From contig JAYFMW010000005.1 of assembly GCA_042408215.1 (NCBI GenBank), forward strand, positions 224,001 through 288,000: a stretch of DNA of 64,000 nucleotides. The letters are read 5' to 3'. This stretch comes from Microcoleus sp. (GTDB taxonomy: Bacteria; Cyanobacteriota; Cyanobacteriia; Cyanobacteriales; Microcoleaceae). How positions within the stretch are numbered: the first letter of the stretch is position 1; each line of letters begins with the position of its first letter. Below the pieces are notes generated by a model. It did no database searches, was not told where the DNA came from, and was given only the letters and a program-made list of their open reading frames with translations. This document shows positions 28,877-40,228 of this stretch, in pieces. A program made the position numbers and the translations under genes.

Positions 28877-31100
28877 CTACTGAACGAACAAATTACTTGC
28901 AGTCAAAGGAGCATCAGAGAAGACAGTAACTGCACCGCCCGAAGCAAAAGTAATTTTACCAGTGCTGTTGACTTGGCTTAAAACTGTGCTTGCAGTTAAC
29001 CCCGAACCCCGAATTTGAATGATATCTTTATCGGCGACAGAGAAAGAGTAGATGGTATCTTGTCCGATCAATACATCTTGAGTGGTATTAAAGTTGAAAT
29101 AGTCCTGACCAGCACCACCAATCAAGCTATCATTACCGACACCACCTTGAAGAAAATCATTTCCATCACCGCCAAAGAGTACATCATTACCTTCATTGCC
29201 GAATAGGTTATCAGCTCCTGCACCACCAATCAAGCTGTCATTACCGATACCACCGTCAAAAAAGTCATTGCCATCACCGCCAAAGAGCAAATCATTACCT
29301 TCATAGCCAAAGGCGACATCATCTCCACCTAAAAGATCGATCGTATCATTACCATCAGTACCAGTAAAATTGTCACGATTCTGGGTGGCGATCGGTGGTT
29401 TTGCTTGTGAGACATAACCAGCAAGGCTAGGAATTTCATAACCTTTATCCGCCAAGACTGCTAAATCCGCTCTTGTTGGGAATCGTCCACCAGCACCTGG
29501 TGACATAACTGCTGGTTGACCATCAATGCGGAAGTTTTGATCGATGTGAGGATTACCACCGGGCATAAATGGAATCGGATTACCACCATTAACATTCAGC
29601 GCATTAGGCCCCGTTCCTTGAGTGAAGGGATAAAAACCTAGTGAGTGACCAATTTCGTGTACGGCCACACTAATGAAATCATTTTGGGTTGCTGGAATAT
29701 CATTAACAGTTGTAGGTGTTGGGTCAAAAAACCAGTTAAGACTTGATTCAAAAGAGATGCTGCCAAAAATATCGCCCGGTTCTTGCTTGTCGAATGCTGT
29801 CATATCGAACTGTTTGACCAGAAACCAGTTGTCCTGCTGCGCTTGCGTTTGGATTACCAAAGACGGGAGATTGACCGCCGACGAACAGAACCATATCATC
29901 AATTTGGGAATCGAAGGTAACGTTTTGGTCTTGTCCCGTAATTGGATGGGTTATGGTGCCAGATATGCCAATAGGCGGATCGGGAAAATCGTTTTTGATG
30001 ACATCTTCCCAGATTTTACCTGCTGCTTCCAGCGCTGCTTTGCGACTAGGATCGTTAAAGAAACCAGTGGTATCGTAACGATAGTCGAACTTGATATTAA
30101 ATCCGTTAGGCGTAGGCGGGGTAGGCACTTGTGGTGTCACAGGTGTCGGAGTTGTTACTACAGGCGTCGGAGTTGTAACTACAGGTGTCGGAGTTGTTAC
30201 CGCAGGTGTCGGAGTTGTGACCACAGGTGTCGGAGTTGTAACTACAGGGGTCGGAGTTGTAACTACAGGCGTCGGAGTCGTTACTACAGGCGTCGGAGTT
30301 GTTACTACAGGCGTCGGAGTTATTGAAGGTGTCGGCGTCGGCGTCGGAGTTATTGAAGGTGTCGGCGTCGGCGTCGGCGTTATTGAAGGCGTCGGTGTCG
30401 GTGTTACCGCAGGCGTCGGAGTTGTCACAGGCTTCGGCGTCACAGTCTTAACCCCGCTAGCGTTAGCAATAGTCAAGTTTTTCTCACCCTGCAAAACTGC
30501 CAAATAATCGCCTGTCACCTGATCCTGAATAATCGTGTAGCCAGCATTAGCCCCTGTGCCCACATAAATATTGAGGTCATCAAAGGCAACATCGCTCCTT
30601 AACTGGATTACATCCTCACCGTCTGTATAATCAACGATCGAGTCCGCATCCGACAACTGAGGGCCCCCAGTATTTTTACCGATAAAAAAAGTGTCATTAC
30701 CACTCCCCCCAGTTAAGGTATCAGCTCCCTGGTCGCCATAGAGAATGTCATCCCCCAAGTTGCCTGACAGGCTGTCATTACCTTTGCCCCCTTGGATAGT
30801 ATCGTTACCTTTGCCCCCGTTTACGGTATCGTTACCCTCGCCGCCGTATAGCAAGTCATCGTCAGAGTCGCCAAAGAGTTGATCCTCTCCTTTGCCGCCG
30901 TACACACTATCATTACCCTTGCCGCCGTTAAGGGTATCAATGCCTTCGTTACCGTATAGCTTGTCGTCTCCTAAGTTGCCATAGATTAAGTCGTTTCCAT
31001 CACGGCCAAATACTAAATCAGAGCCTTGTTGTCCAAATATCGAGTCTGCATCGAGGGTGCCATTCAGAGTATCGTCAGCCAGCGTTCCATTAATGTTCAT
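28877..31100 (-). pseudogene. RTX Ca-binding repeat protein with Pro/Thr linker and zinc-metalloprotease domain, split by one frameshift near 29765-29810
   Basis: GGxGxD repeats at both ends, VVTTPTP repeats, AVHEIGHSLG; two overlapping ORFs. Confidence 0.85.
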
Positions 31101-31582
31101 GTTGCAATCTCAGTGTGAATACTAGATTTATGCTTATTCGAGCTAAAAGTCTTTCTCCATCTCTGAAAAAATGACTTGCTAGCCTGTATTTTTCTGTTGG
31201 GCGATCGCCCTAACTTTTATGCGAAGTCAGGGATTTGCGATGTAAGCAAAAGTCCTGCATAGCAAAGCTTTCGCAGCGATCGCACAGATTCCCAAGAAGG
31301 CCTGCTACAGCCTCCTGTTTATATATCAGGGCCACACCCACAAAATTATGCAAAACCCAGAAAATAAATTAAAAAAATTACCACAGTACCCGAAACTAGA
31401 GTCAAACCCAGAAAATTACCAAAATTTAGCCCTAATCCCTGTCGTAACACTAACTGTAATCAGTAATCACTCAAAAGCCCCGCCACAAAGGTTTTAACCT
31501 GTGACTCGCACCACTTAAACTTGAGCTTTCAAGTATATTAAGCCAAATAACACCGAGCATACACTTACATACATCAGGAATT

Positions 31583-32110
31583 ATGTTAGACTTCCATCAG
31601 GAACTTCACACGCATCTATTTATGGCATCCACAAACGATCGCTTCGTCGAAGCAGAAAGCCGCTGGGATCTAAAAACTCTGTATGCAGACTTGGCCGCCG
31701 TTAAGGGAAAGCCTCTCACCCCCGTAGAAAAGCTGCATCTGCGGGGGTTGCTTTGTGGCAACAGTCCCGCTGAAATCGCCGAAAAGCTGAAAAAGAATCC
31801 CAAAGGTGTGGAAACTGACCTGTGTGCCTCTATTTATAAATACGTTAAAGGCTTTGTGGGTAAAGGCATTGAAAAGATCGAAAACTGGAGAAATATTGCT
31901 GAATGGCTTGATGATGCTGGATATAAAACTCAGTCGTCTGCTAAATTCCCAGTCAAAGATTTATTACCGCAAAATTGTGTTGTTAATGTAACGAATATAA
32001 ATATAGATAAAAATCAAATAGTATTTTTTATAAACCTGCGAATACCGACTTCACCAGATTCAGAACTCTCAATAGAAAATCTAGACATCAACGATAACAA
32101 CGCTAACTAA
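31583..32110 (+). CDS. HTH-domain protein
   Basis: LTPVEKLHLRGLLCGNSPAEIAEKL, a cyanobacterial N-terminal HTH type; start may be 31622. Confidence 0.75.
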   Translation: MLDFHQELHTHLFMASTNDRFVEAESRWDLKTLYADLAAVKGKPLTPVEKLHLRGLLCGNSPAEIAEKLKKNPKGVETDLCASIYKYVKGFVGKGIEKIENWRNIAEWLDDAGYKTQSSAKFPVKDLLPQNCVVNVTNINIDKNQIVFFINLRIPTSPDSELSIENLDINDNNAN

Positions 32111-32307
32111 AATTTTGCCACAATTCAACTGATTGGTAGGGTGCAGCGACTAAAATCAGGAAGCGCGATCGCACTTTTACCTTGTCTCGCGGGGCGATCG
32201 CGGACGCAGAAACTTAACTTCATTATATTTGCCATTGTGCGATCGCTGGATGGTGTATAATAATTCTAGCCCAGATCTCCTCTTAGTAGCTCGAAAAAAC
32301 GCTCAGG

Positions 32308-32544
32308 GTGAACCAATCATTTATGAAAGAGAAACTTGGTATCAAATTATCGAGGAATCAAATGACTGAAGAAGAACTCCTTAAGTTATATGAAAAAATT
32401 GACGCAGGTGTGAAAGCAGCCATCGCCGAAGCAATTGAGAAACACCGCAGACTAGGACAATCAATTACTATCTGGCGTGATGGTAAAATCGTGACTTTAA
32501 CTGCTGCTGAGATTCCACCGCGATCGGATAGCGATACTGTATAA
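32308..32544 (+). CDS. Small hypothetical protein of the type usually paired with zeta-toxin/AAA genes
   Basis: AIAEAIEKHRRLGQSITIWRDGKIV; start may be 32323 or 32362. Confidence 0.65.
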   Translation: MNQSFMKEKLGIKLSRNQMTEEELLKLYEKIDAGVKAAIAEAIEKHRRLGQSITIWRDGKIVTLTAAEIPPRSDSDTV

Positions 32545-32603
32545 TTCTAATTACCATCATCTATTGTGCTACGATTAAATCGGAGCGTCAGTAACTAAAA
32601 AAA

Positions 32604-32702
32604 ATGGCAACAATTACCCTTCAAATTCCCGACGAATTGGCTCAACGTCTAGAACTAACTAAAAAGCCCACAACTATTTTAGATTTTAGCGATCGATTAT
32701 GA
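32604..32702 (+). pseudogene. Truncated antitoxin-like N-terminus
   Basis: MATITLQIPDELAQRLE, then unrelated sequence. Confidence 0.5.
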
Positions 32703-33010
32703 CCATCAAAGAACAACTTCTCCAAACCATTGAAACACTGCCTGATGACTTGCTTGCACAAACCCTGAAATTCGTCCAAACCCTTCAGCATCCCATTCAC
32801 AAAACTCCCGGAATTTGTGGCGGTGCAGCCCGAATTCGCGATACCCGCATTCCCGTCTGGACGATTGTTGCTTATCAACAACAGGGTGCAACTGAAGCCG
32901 AACTTCTCTATAATTATCCAGGACTCACCCTTCAAGATTTGCAAGCGGTTGCGAACTATTACGAACACAACCGAGAAGAAATCGAGCTGTGGCTTGCTGA
33001 AAATGAATAA
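32699..33010 (+). CDS. DUF433-family antitoxin
   Basis: KTPGICGGAARIRDTRIPVW..YPGLTLQDL. Confidence 0.92.
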   Translation: MTIKEQLLQTIETLPDDLLAQTLKFVQTLQHPIHKTPGICGGAARIRDTRIPVWTIVAYQQQGATEAELLYNYPGLTLQDLQAVANYYEHNREEIELWLAENE

Positions 33011-33016
33011 CTGCCG

Positions 33017-33267
33017 ATGCTAAAGTTTTACTCAAATGAAAATTTCCCGATCGCCATGGTTGATTTATATTAAATCCGTTAGCATCGGAATGATATAAAC
33101 GGAGGACACGGCACTGCCGTGTCCCTACAATTAATGGGGTAGGGACACGGCACTGCCGTGTCCTCGGTATCATTCCGATGCTGCGATTTCGGGTGATGAA
33201 ACAGAATCTTAAAGGCAGTCAACAGACATTTATACTTCAGGAATACCCAAAGTCTTCTTCAGAATAA
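33017..33267 (+). pseudogene. DUF5615 PIN-like toxin remnant with its middle replaced by a REP doublet
   Basis: MLKFYSNENFPIAMVDL, interrupted at about 33067; a plausible C-terminus QQTFILQEYPKSSSE* follows. Confidence 0.75.
33082..33181. repeat. REP doublet (REPIN-like) inside an outer inverted repeat
   Basis: Two GGACACGGCACTGCCGTGTCC palindromes; GCATCGGAATGATA/TATCATTCCGATGC outer arms. Confidence 0.8.
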
Positions 33268-33483
33268 TCGTGACTTTAACTGCTGCTGAGATTCCAGCGC
33301 GATCGGATAGCGATACTGTATAATTCTAATTCCCGTCGTCGCAGTTGGTTCATCGCGACTAAGGCCAAAGAAACCGGGTTTCTCTGAAAAATATTTGCTT
33401 TCTCAACTAGATATACAAAGAAACCCGGTCGATCGCCTCGACGCGCGTCAGCCCTGTTGATGTAAACTGGATTAACATTAAAC

Positions 33484-33789
33484 CTACTCTCCTTCATCAC
33501 CAGAAAAAATTGCTTCTAAATCTTGATAGCCACTCACCACCCGCACAATTTCAACTCCCTCACCAGCAGCCCGATAAAATATCAAGTAATTCTCTACCGG
33601 AAAACTCTGCAATCCCGGCTCAAAATCATCCTGATTTCGCCCCATATTTGGAAAATTAGCCAACAATTTGCACTGCTGCTTAATGGCTTGAGTGAGTCTC
33701 CTAGCAGAATCGGGGTTAAACTGACCAATATAGCGCACAATCTCCTTTATATCGCGCTTTGCTGAAGGTGATAAAATATACCGAACCAT
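33484..33789 (-). CDS. ParE/RelE-family toxin
   Basis: LSPSAKRDIKEI..FPNMGR..YLIFYR..VEIVRVV. Confidence 0.9.
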   Translation of the reverse strand: MVRYILSPSAKRDIKEIVRYIGQFNPDSARRLTQAIKQQCKLLANFPNMGRNQDDFEPGLQSFPVENYLIFYRAAGEGVEIVRVVSGYQDLEAIFSGDEGE

Positions 33790-34073
33790 TATCTAACCTC
33801 CTCCGTTGGTTGCATTTGAGCTTCTATGCGACAGATATCTGCCTCAATTTCATCAAATACCTCTTCGCCATCAATCCCTTCACCGCGATTCAACTCTTCT
33901 ATCCCGATTCTGATTTTTTGTCTCAACTCAGCAACACGCTTCTCTCGAATGCGATCGCGTTCCCATAACAACCGCAAAGATTCCCCTATCATCTCACTCA
34001 CTGAGGAATATCTACCTTTTTTTACCTGTTCTTGGATTAACTTTTCGAGCTCTGGAGTCAAAGATATGTTCAT
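33789..34073 (-). CDS. ParD-like ribbon-helix-helix antitoxin
   Basis: MNISLTPELEKLIQEQVKKGRYSSVSEMI; TAATG coupling with the toxin gene. Confidence 0.9.
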   Translation of the reverse strand: MNISLTPELEKLIQEQVKKGRYSSVSEMIGESLRLLWERDRIREKRVAELRQKIRIGIEELNRGEGIDGEEVFDEIEADICRIEAQMQPTEEVR

Positions 34074-34152
34074 AATAATTTGCTCAGCTATCGACGTAAT
34101 CTCTATGATATCGCTTTTAAGATAAATCGCCCCTCATTTTCTCAAAAAAGTA

Positions 34153-34391
34153 GTAGGGACACTCCAGGAGCCTATTGGTGTCAACTTAACGTCAAACCCT
34201 GTCACAGACTACTGTTTGACGATTAAGGCCAGATCCCCCCTAACCCCCCTTAAGAAGGGGGGGACAAGATTCCGATCAAAGTCCCCCTTCTTAAGGGGGA
34301 TTTAGGGGGATCTAGACTCAGGTAAAAACCAGATTTCTCAGGGCTTTTAGGCTGGTTGTTGACACCAATGGGCACGCTTGAGTGTCCCTAC
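34153..34391. mobile_element. Second REP-shell plus MITE composite, inner part inverted relative to 7733-7972
   Basis: GTAGGGACACTCC...GAGTGTCCCTAC shell; inner TTGGTGTCAAC...GTTGACACCAA. Confidence 0.75.
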
Positions 34392-34697
34392 GGGGATAGA
34401 TCGCATCACCAATCACAAATAACAAACAACCAATAACTATTAACTCAAAACGGAATTATTGTCAAGAGTATTTTTGCGGAAATATCAAATATTAAATAAA
34501 AAATTCCAGCTTGTACGATCGATCGCCCTCAGTTCAATGTATCTGAAAATGCCAACAGCATCAAACATTTCATTAATATTAACAATAAGTGTTTACATTG
34601 GCGATCGCAATTTTGTTATCCTATTAGCAAGTTTCACTCGATCGACTAAATTTTTGTACCACAGTCCTACCACCTAAACAGAACGGCAGTTTCCACC

Positions 34698-35636
34698 ATG
34701 AGAATTTTAGTCACAGGCGGTGCGGGTTTCATCGGTTCCCACCTAATCGATCGCCTAATGGCCCAAGGACACGAGGTAGTCTGCTTAGATAATTTCTACA
34801 CCGGGACTAAACGCAATATCCTCAAATGGCTGGACAACCCGTACTTTGAGCTGATTCGCCACGACATCACCGAACCGATTCGCTTAGAAGTAGATCAGAT
34901 TTACCATCTGGCCTGTCCCGCTTCCCCTGTACACTATCAGTACAACCCTGTCAAGACAATTAAAACAAACGTCATCGGCACGATGAATATGTTGGGATTG
35001 GCCAAACGGGTGAAGGCAAGATTCTTTCTCGCTTCCACTTCCGAAGTGTACGGAGATCCTGACGTCCATCCCCAAACAGAAGAATATCGCGGCAACGTTA
35101 ATTGTATCGGGATCAGATCGTGTTACGACGAAGGCAAGCGAGTAGCTGAAACCCTATCTTTTGACTACCACCGACAAAATGGGGTAGACATTCGAGTTGT
35201 CCGAATCTTCAATACCTATGGCCCGCGAATGTTAGAAAATGACGGCCGAGTTGTGAGCAATTTTATTGTTCAAGCTTTGCGAAACGAACCGCTGACAATA
35301 TACGGCGACGGTTCCCAAACCCGGAGTTTCTGCTACGTTTCCGATTTGGTGGAAGGATTTATTCGCTTGATGAATAGCGACAAAATCGGGCCGATGAATT
35401 TGGGGAATCCCGGCGAATATACTATCTTGGAATTGGCACAGAAAATTCAAAACATGATTAACCCAGGGGCGGAAATTATCTTTAAACCCCTGCCAGAAGA
35501 TGACCCAAAACAGCGACAACCGGATATTAATCGTGCTAAAACTTGGTTGGGGTGGGAGCCGACTATTCCCCTGGATAAAGGTTTGGAGTTGACTGTGAAA
35601 GATTTTCGCGATCGCATCGAGGGAAAAAAACAATAA
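34698..35636 (+). CDS. UDP-glucuronate decarboxylase (UDP-xylose synthase)
   Basis: [35 protein letters not shown]. Confidence 0.95.
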   Translation: MRILVTGGAGFIGSHLIDRLMAQGHEVVCLDNFYTGTKRNILKWLDNPYFELIRHDITEPIRLEVDQIYHLACPASPVHYQYNPVKTIKTNVIGTMNMLGLAKRVKARFFLASTSEVYGDPDVHPQTEEYRGNVNCIGIRSCYDEGKRVAETLSFDYHRQNGVDIRVVRIFNTYGPRMLENDGRVVSNFIVQALRNEPLTIYGDGSQTRSFCYVSDLVEGFIRLMNSDKIGPMNLGNPGEYTILELAQKIQNMINPGAEIIFKPLPEDDPKQRQPDINRAKTWLGWEPTIPLDKGLELTVKDFRDRIEGKKQ

Positions 35637-35687
35637 ATAAGGGGAGAGGAGGAGAGTGAGAAGGGAAGAGGGAGAGGAAAAGGGGCG

Positions 35688-35829
35688 TTCCCCAATTCCC
35701 AATTCCCCCCTTGGGGGGGGCGAGGGGGGGGTTCCCCAATTCCCAATTCCCAATTCCCAATTCCCAATTCCCAATTCCCAATTCCCAATTCCCAATTCCC
35801 AATTCCCAATTCCCAATTCCCAATTCCCA
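35688..35829. repeat. STRR tract (TTCCCAA) with an embedded C/G palindrome
   Basis: Tandem heptamers. Confidence 0.9.
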
Positions 35830-35858
35830 TCTAATTTATTTACTTTGAGGACATTTCT

Positions 35859-37247
35859 ATGCGTGTTTGCGTCATCGGTACTGGATATGTTGGCTTAGTC
35901 ACCGGCACTTGTTTAGCTCACATTGGACATCATGTAATTTGCGTAGACAACAACGAAGAAAAAGTCAAGTTAATGAAGTCTGGACAATCGCCAATTTTTG
36001 AACCCGGACTTTCTGAATTAATGTCTTCTGCATCTGCGTCGGGCCATCTAGAATTTACTGCGGATTTGGCCACAGGAGTTGCTCACGGAGAGATTTTATT
36101 TATTGCCGTTGGTACCCCTCCTTTGCCTACAGGAGAAAGCGATACTCGCTACGTGGAAGCGGTTGCGCGCGGAATTGGTGCTCACCTCGACGGCGACTAC
36201 AAAGTGTTAGTAAATAAATCGACGGTGCCCATCGGTTCGGGGGATTGGGTGCGAAGGATTGTACTCGACGGTTTGGCGGAACGTCAAAATTCTCAAAGTA
36301 GCGAAGGGGCTACAGGCGAAGAAGTAGCAGCAAAAACTGTTGCTCAATTTGATGTGGTTAGCAACCCGGAGTTTTTGCGAGAGGGTTGTGCTATTTTCGA
36401 TACGTTTAATCCCGATCGCATTGTTCTGGGGAGCAATTCTCAACGGGCGATGGACATGATGATCCAATTGTACAAGCCGATTGTCGATCGCAATTTTGCA
36501 GAAAATCCATCTTTACCACCGGTGCCTGTGGTGATCACTGATATCAGTTCAGCGGAGATGATTAAGTACGCTGCTAATGCTTTTTTGGCGACGAAGATTA
36601 GCTTTATCAATGAAGTGGCTAATATTTGCGATCGTGTCGGTGCAGATGTTACCCAAGTCGCCCGAGGTATCGGTTTAGATTCGCGGATTGGCGACAAGTT
36701 TCTGCAAGCAGGAATTGGTTGGGGCGGTTCTTGTTTCCCCAAAGATGTCTCGGCCTTAGTTCACACTGCTGACGATTACGGCTACGAGGCACATTTGCTG
36801 AAAGCCGCAGTGGCAGTTAACGAACATCAGCGATTGATTGCTATTGAAAAGTTGCAGCAAGTTTTGAAGATTCTCAAAGGCAAAACTGTAGGACTTTTGG
36901 GTTTGACTTTCAAGCCAGATACTGATGATTTGCGCGATGCTCCTTCTCTGAATTTAATCGAGAATTTGAACCGATTGGGAGCTAAAGTTAAAGCTTACGA
37001 TCCGATTGTTTCTCAAACTGGGATGCGTCACGGTTTGTCGGGAGTTTTGGTAGAAACTGACCCGGAAAGGCTGGCTGATAGTTGCGATGCTTTGGTGTTG
37101 GTGACTGATTGGGAGCAGTTTCGCAATTTAGACTATGAGAAAATGGCGAAGTTGATGAATCATCCGGTGATGATTGACGGCCGCAATTTCTTAGACAAGA
37201 AGGTTTTAGAAGCGGCTGGTTTCCAATATGTGGGAATTGGAAGGTAA
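35859..37247 (+). CDS. ugd: UDP-glucose 6-dehydrogenase
   Basis: [30 protein letters not shown]. Confidence 0.96.
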   Translation: MRVCVIGTGYVGLVTGTCLAHIGHHVICVDNNEEKVKLMKSGQSPIFEPGLSELMSSASASGHLEFTADLATGVAHGEILFIAVGTPPLPTGESDTRYVEAVARGIGAHLDGDYKVLVNKSTVPIGSGDWVRRIVLDGLAERQNSQSSEGATGEEVAAKTVAQFDVVSNPEFLREGCAIFDTFNPDRIVLGSNSQRAMDMMIQLYKPIVDRNFAENPSLPPVPVVITDISSAEMIKYAANAFLATKISFINEVANICDRVGADVTQVARGIGLDSRIGDKFLQAGIGWGGSCFPKDVSALVHTADDYGYEAHLLKAAVAVNEHQRLIAIEKLQQVLKILKGKTVGLLGLTFKPDTDDLRDAPSLNLIENLNRLGAKVKAYDPIVSQTGMRHGLSGVLVETDPERLADSCDALVLVTDWEQFRNLDYEKMAKLMNHPVMIDGRNFLDKKVLEAAGFQYVGIGR

Positions 37248-37292
37248 AGGGAAAGAATTAATATTACCCACCAAAGTCAGGACACGGCAATG

Positions 37293-37614
37293 CCCATAGG
37301 TGTCAACTTAACTTCAAGCCCAGTCAGAGACTGCTGTTTGACTATTAAGGCCAGATCCCCCCTAACCCCCCTTAACAAGGGGAGTAGGGGGTGGGACAAG
37401 AGTCGGATCAAAGTCAACCCCTACTGACACCCTACTCCCTGCTTAAGGGGGGGTAGGGGGCAAGCTAAGGGCGTGTTTTCAAACCCGGAGATCCCCCTAA
37501 ATCCCCCTTAAGAAGGGGGACTTTGAGAAGATTCCGGTCCCCCCCTGCTTAAGGGGGAGTAGGGGGCAAGCTAAGGGGGGATCGGATTCTATGCAGCTTC
37601 ATAAAAAATTGGTA
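37293..37614. mobile_element. Mosaic of MITE fragments (GGTGTCAAC left end, ...AAATTGGTA right end)
   Basis: Left part matches the 7733/34153 inner elements; right end is the reverse complement of the 43673 MITE end. Confidence 0.7.
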
Positions 37615-37735
37615 TTACGCACCTGACTAAAGAAACCGGGTTTTTTACCGAATCTGTCGGCTACAACAAGTCTTTCGTAAAAAACCCGGTTTCTCGGCCT
37701 TTATGGGTAAGTCCTGTATAATTCAAATGACACAC

Positions 37736-38330
37736 TTACCTATCATTTTCATTCTGCATCGGAAACACCCCCGACAAATCCAGAAACAAATCAGGGAAAC
37801 CAGGAATAACAACCGACTCATTAAGCAAAACAATTCGCTTCAACCGATAACCAAACTTATCTCGACTCTCCCGATAAGGCTCACTATAAACTTCCAGCCA
37901 ATTGCTGACTAAATTAAAAATCCAGTAATTAGAAATACCATCCTCAGCATAGATAGATAATTTCCTTACTTGGTCATAACTCAAAGTCGAATCAGAAATC
38001 TCAACCACCAACAAAATATCAGCAGGTTCTGGGTGAGAAGACAAATAATCATCAGCGCGATTTCGAGCAATAACTACATCCGGCTGAGGCTCACTATCAG
38101 CCGATAAAAATAATCGGTTCTTGTCCCCGCACGATCGCGCGATCGCCCAGTAGCCTAATTAAAATACGAACTAAACGGGTATTGCAAACTGAGTGAGGTG
38201 TTTTTTTAGTCGGCCTTTGAAGAATCTCTCCACGAATCAACTCAACCCGCTCATCCGGCCGAAAAAACCCCAATTCTGCGAGACGGTGATATTCACTTAG
38301 AGTAAAGGGTTTTGCAGTAACAGTAGTCAT
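37736..38330 (-). pseudogene. Uma2-family PD-(D/E)xK endonuclease with one extra base in the A5 run at 38106-38110
   Basis: FTLSEYHRL..VELIRGEI..QEPII / SEPQPDV..LVVEISDSTL..YWIFNL. Confidence 0.9.
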
Positions 38331-38426
38331 CTTTTTTCCTGTATGCGGTACTGACGTCAACTTTGAAACACTCACCGACAGTCAGTTTTGTAGGTGCTGG
38401 TGGCGCACCTTACGCTTAAAAACTCT

Positions 38427-38918
38427 TTAAAAATTCTCCATCAAATCTTTTTCTTGGGCGTAAACATCCCGTAGCTGTTGTAGCGCTGAAAGTGCAATTA
38501 CCGATTTAATAGTACCTACCAATTTTCCCCACTCAAGTAAGCTGTCAACTGAAACAGCATTTTTGAAATTGTAGGTATAGAATTGCGTCCAAAACTTAGG
38601 TGCTTGCTGGGTATTCCAGCGTTTGTACCATCCGGTAAAATCTTGAGATGTGGGGGGATTTACTTCTACAATTGGGGGGAAATCGGCGTAGCTGACAAAT
38701 CGGCTGATTCCTTGGGCGTGAACATACACCATGTAGTGACAACATTCGATCCGGTAAATCTGTTCGGGTGAGATGTTGAATAAGAGTGCAACTGTTTCTT
38801 CGGTGACAAATCTCGATCGCGGATTCACAACCGAGGTGGATTTGTGAAGAATTTTTGATGCGCCGATCGCCGAGGAGTTTGACTGATTTTCTGATATCAT
38901 GGTAGTGCATTGATCCAT
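38427..38918 (-). CDS. Hypothetical protein
   Basis: 163-aa ORF (QIYRIECCHYMVYVHAQGISRFVSYADF) divergent from an XRE gene. Confidence 0.7.
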   Translation of the reverse strand: MDQCTTMISENQSNSSAIGASKILHKSTSVVNPRSRFVTEETVALLFNISPEQIYRIECCHYMVYVHAQGISRFVSYADFPPIVEVNPPTSQDFTGWYKRWNTQQAPKFWTQFYTYNFKNAVSVDSLLEWGKLVGTIKSVIALSALQQLRDVYAQEKDLMENF

Positions 38919-39052
38919 TGTAAGTGTACAAGACAGAGACCATCTGTCCAGGTTAAGCTTAATAGGTCGTCAGGAATGAGTTTTCGAGACTTAAAGGCGA
39001 TCGGCTGTTTTAGATGCTATCATTATAAACGCAAGTACATAGTTTGTCAAGT

Positions 39053-39265
39053 ATGGGTTTAGTAAGAATCAAAGTTCGAGAACTAGCCGCCGAGAGGGGC
39101 TGGACATTTAAAGAGGTTGCCGATCGTTCTGGTGTAGTATACAGCACGATCACTACCTATGCGAGGCGATCGTCCATATCAATGGTAGATTTTACCGCCC
39201 TTCACAAATTAGCGCGAGCTTTTGATGTGATGATTGAAGATTTAGTGGAGATTATTGAGGAATAG
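39053..39265 (+). CDS. Cro/C1-type (XRE) HTH regulator
   Basis: MGLVRIKVRELAAERGWTFKEVADRSGV..KLARAFDV. Confidence 0.9.
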   Translation: MGLVRIKVRELAAERGWTFKEVADRSGVVYSTITTYARRSSISMVDFTALHKLARAFDVMIEDLVEIIEE

Positions 39266-39669
39266 GTCGATAGTCAGGAATCAGGAGTAAGATTCTTGTA
39301 GTTCAAAGGTTTTAGGAATCTGAGAGTCCTAACTGCCCTCTGCTATTGCTAGTATAGAAGATTTTCTATTCAGTTTTGGCCGCCTGGTAATTTTCTATGG
39401 AATCGGAGAAATTTGGGAGAGAAAAAAGCTCTAGCAGAAGGAAGAAGGAAGAAGGAAGAAGGAAGAAGTAAAATGCAATAAAATCAATCTTCTCTTAGAT
39501 ACCCGACAACTTCTGCGAAGTCGGGTATCAGGATATTCTGTTTTTTTAGGTGGGCTTACTTAGATCAAATCCTCTCTTCATCGGAATAGTAAATTCGAGT
39601 TAACTGTTAACAGTCAACCGTCAACCGTCAACCGTCAACAATCACCTGACGATGCAACCGGAATTGATA

Positions 39670-40188
39670 TTACCTGCTACCCATATCCTTCAAAACCTGC
39701 TCAAGCGTATTAGCTTCCTGAGTTTTTCCTTGCTTTCTAAATAAATCCCTCGCTCTTTTCACCGACTCTACAGCATCTGCCATCTTATTTTGTGCATAGA
39801 GCACTTGGCCTTTCATATAATAAAATTCTGGGACATCAGGCTTAATCCGAATTGCATTGTCAAAATTGGGAATTGCTTCTGCTAACTTGTTTTGATTAGC
39901 TAAAATGCTGCCCAAGTTAGCGTAAGCTTCGGCAAAATTGGGGTTAATTTGAATTGCTCTGCGAAAAGCTCCTTCTGCTGCTGCCATATTTTGTTGCGCC
40001 GAAAAAGTTAAGCCTTGCTGAAAAACTTCTTCGGCACCAGTATTTTGAACCAAAATATTTTTTACAGGTAACTCTGCTAGCCGCGCTGGTAAAGAGAAAC
40101 TTGCAGCAGATACTGGAGTAATTGTAAATATACTCGCGACAGTCGCAGCTAAAAACTCAATTATTTTGAACTCTTTCAACATTTCCAA
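39670..40188 (-). CDS. TPR-repeat exported protein
   Basis: AIQINPNFAEAYANLG TPR motif; signal-peptide-like N-terminus. Confidence 0.88.
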   Translation of the reverse strand: MEMLKEFKIIEFLAATVASIFTITPVSAASFSLPARLAELPVKNILVQNTGAEEVFQQGLTFSAQQNMAAAEGAFRRAIQINPNFAEAYANLGSILANQNKLAEAIPNFDNAIRIKPDVPEFYYMKGQVLYAQNKMADAVESVKRARDLFRKQGKTQEANTLEQVLKDMGSR

Positions 40189-40228
40189 GCAACCTAGATT
40201 TCAAATTAGGACTATATTTTTTGAGGGT

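Noticed and set aside
30091..30507. Val/Gly-rich plus-strand ORF (similar cases at 40905-41480 and 40972-41229)
   Set aside because: They are antisense shadows of Pro/Thr linkers.
35232..35898. ORFs with GIGNWEL or FPIPNSQ repeats
   Set aside because: They are STRR heptamer artefacts in several frames.
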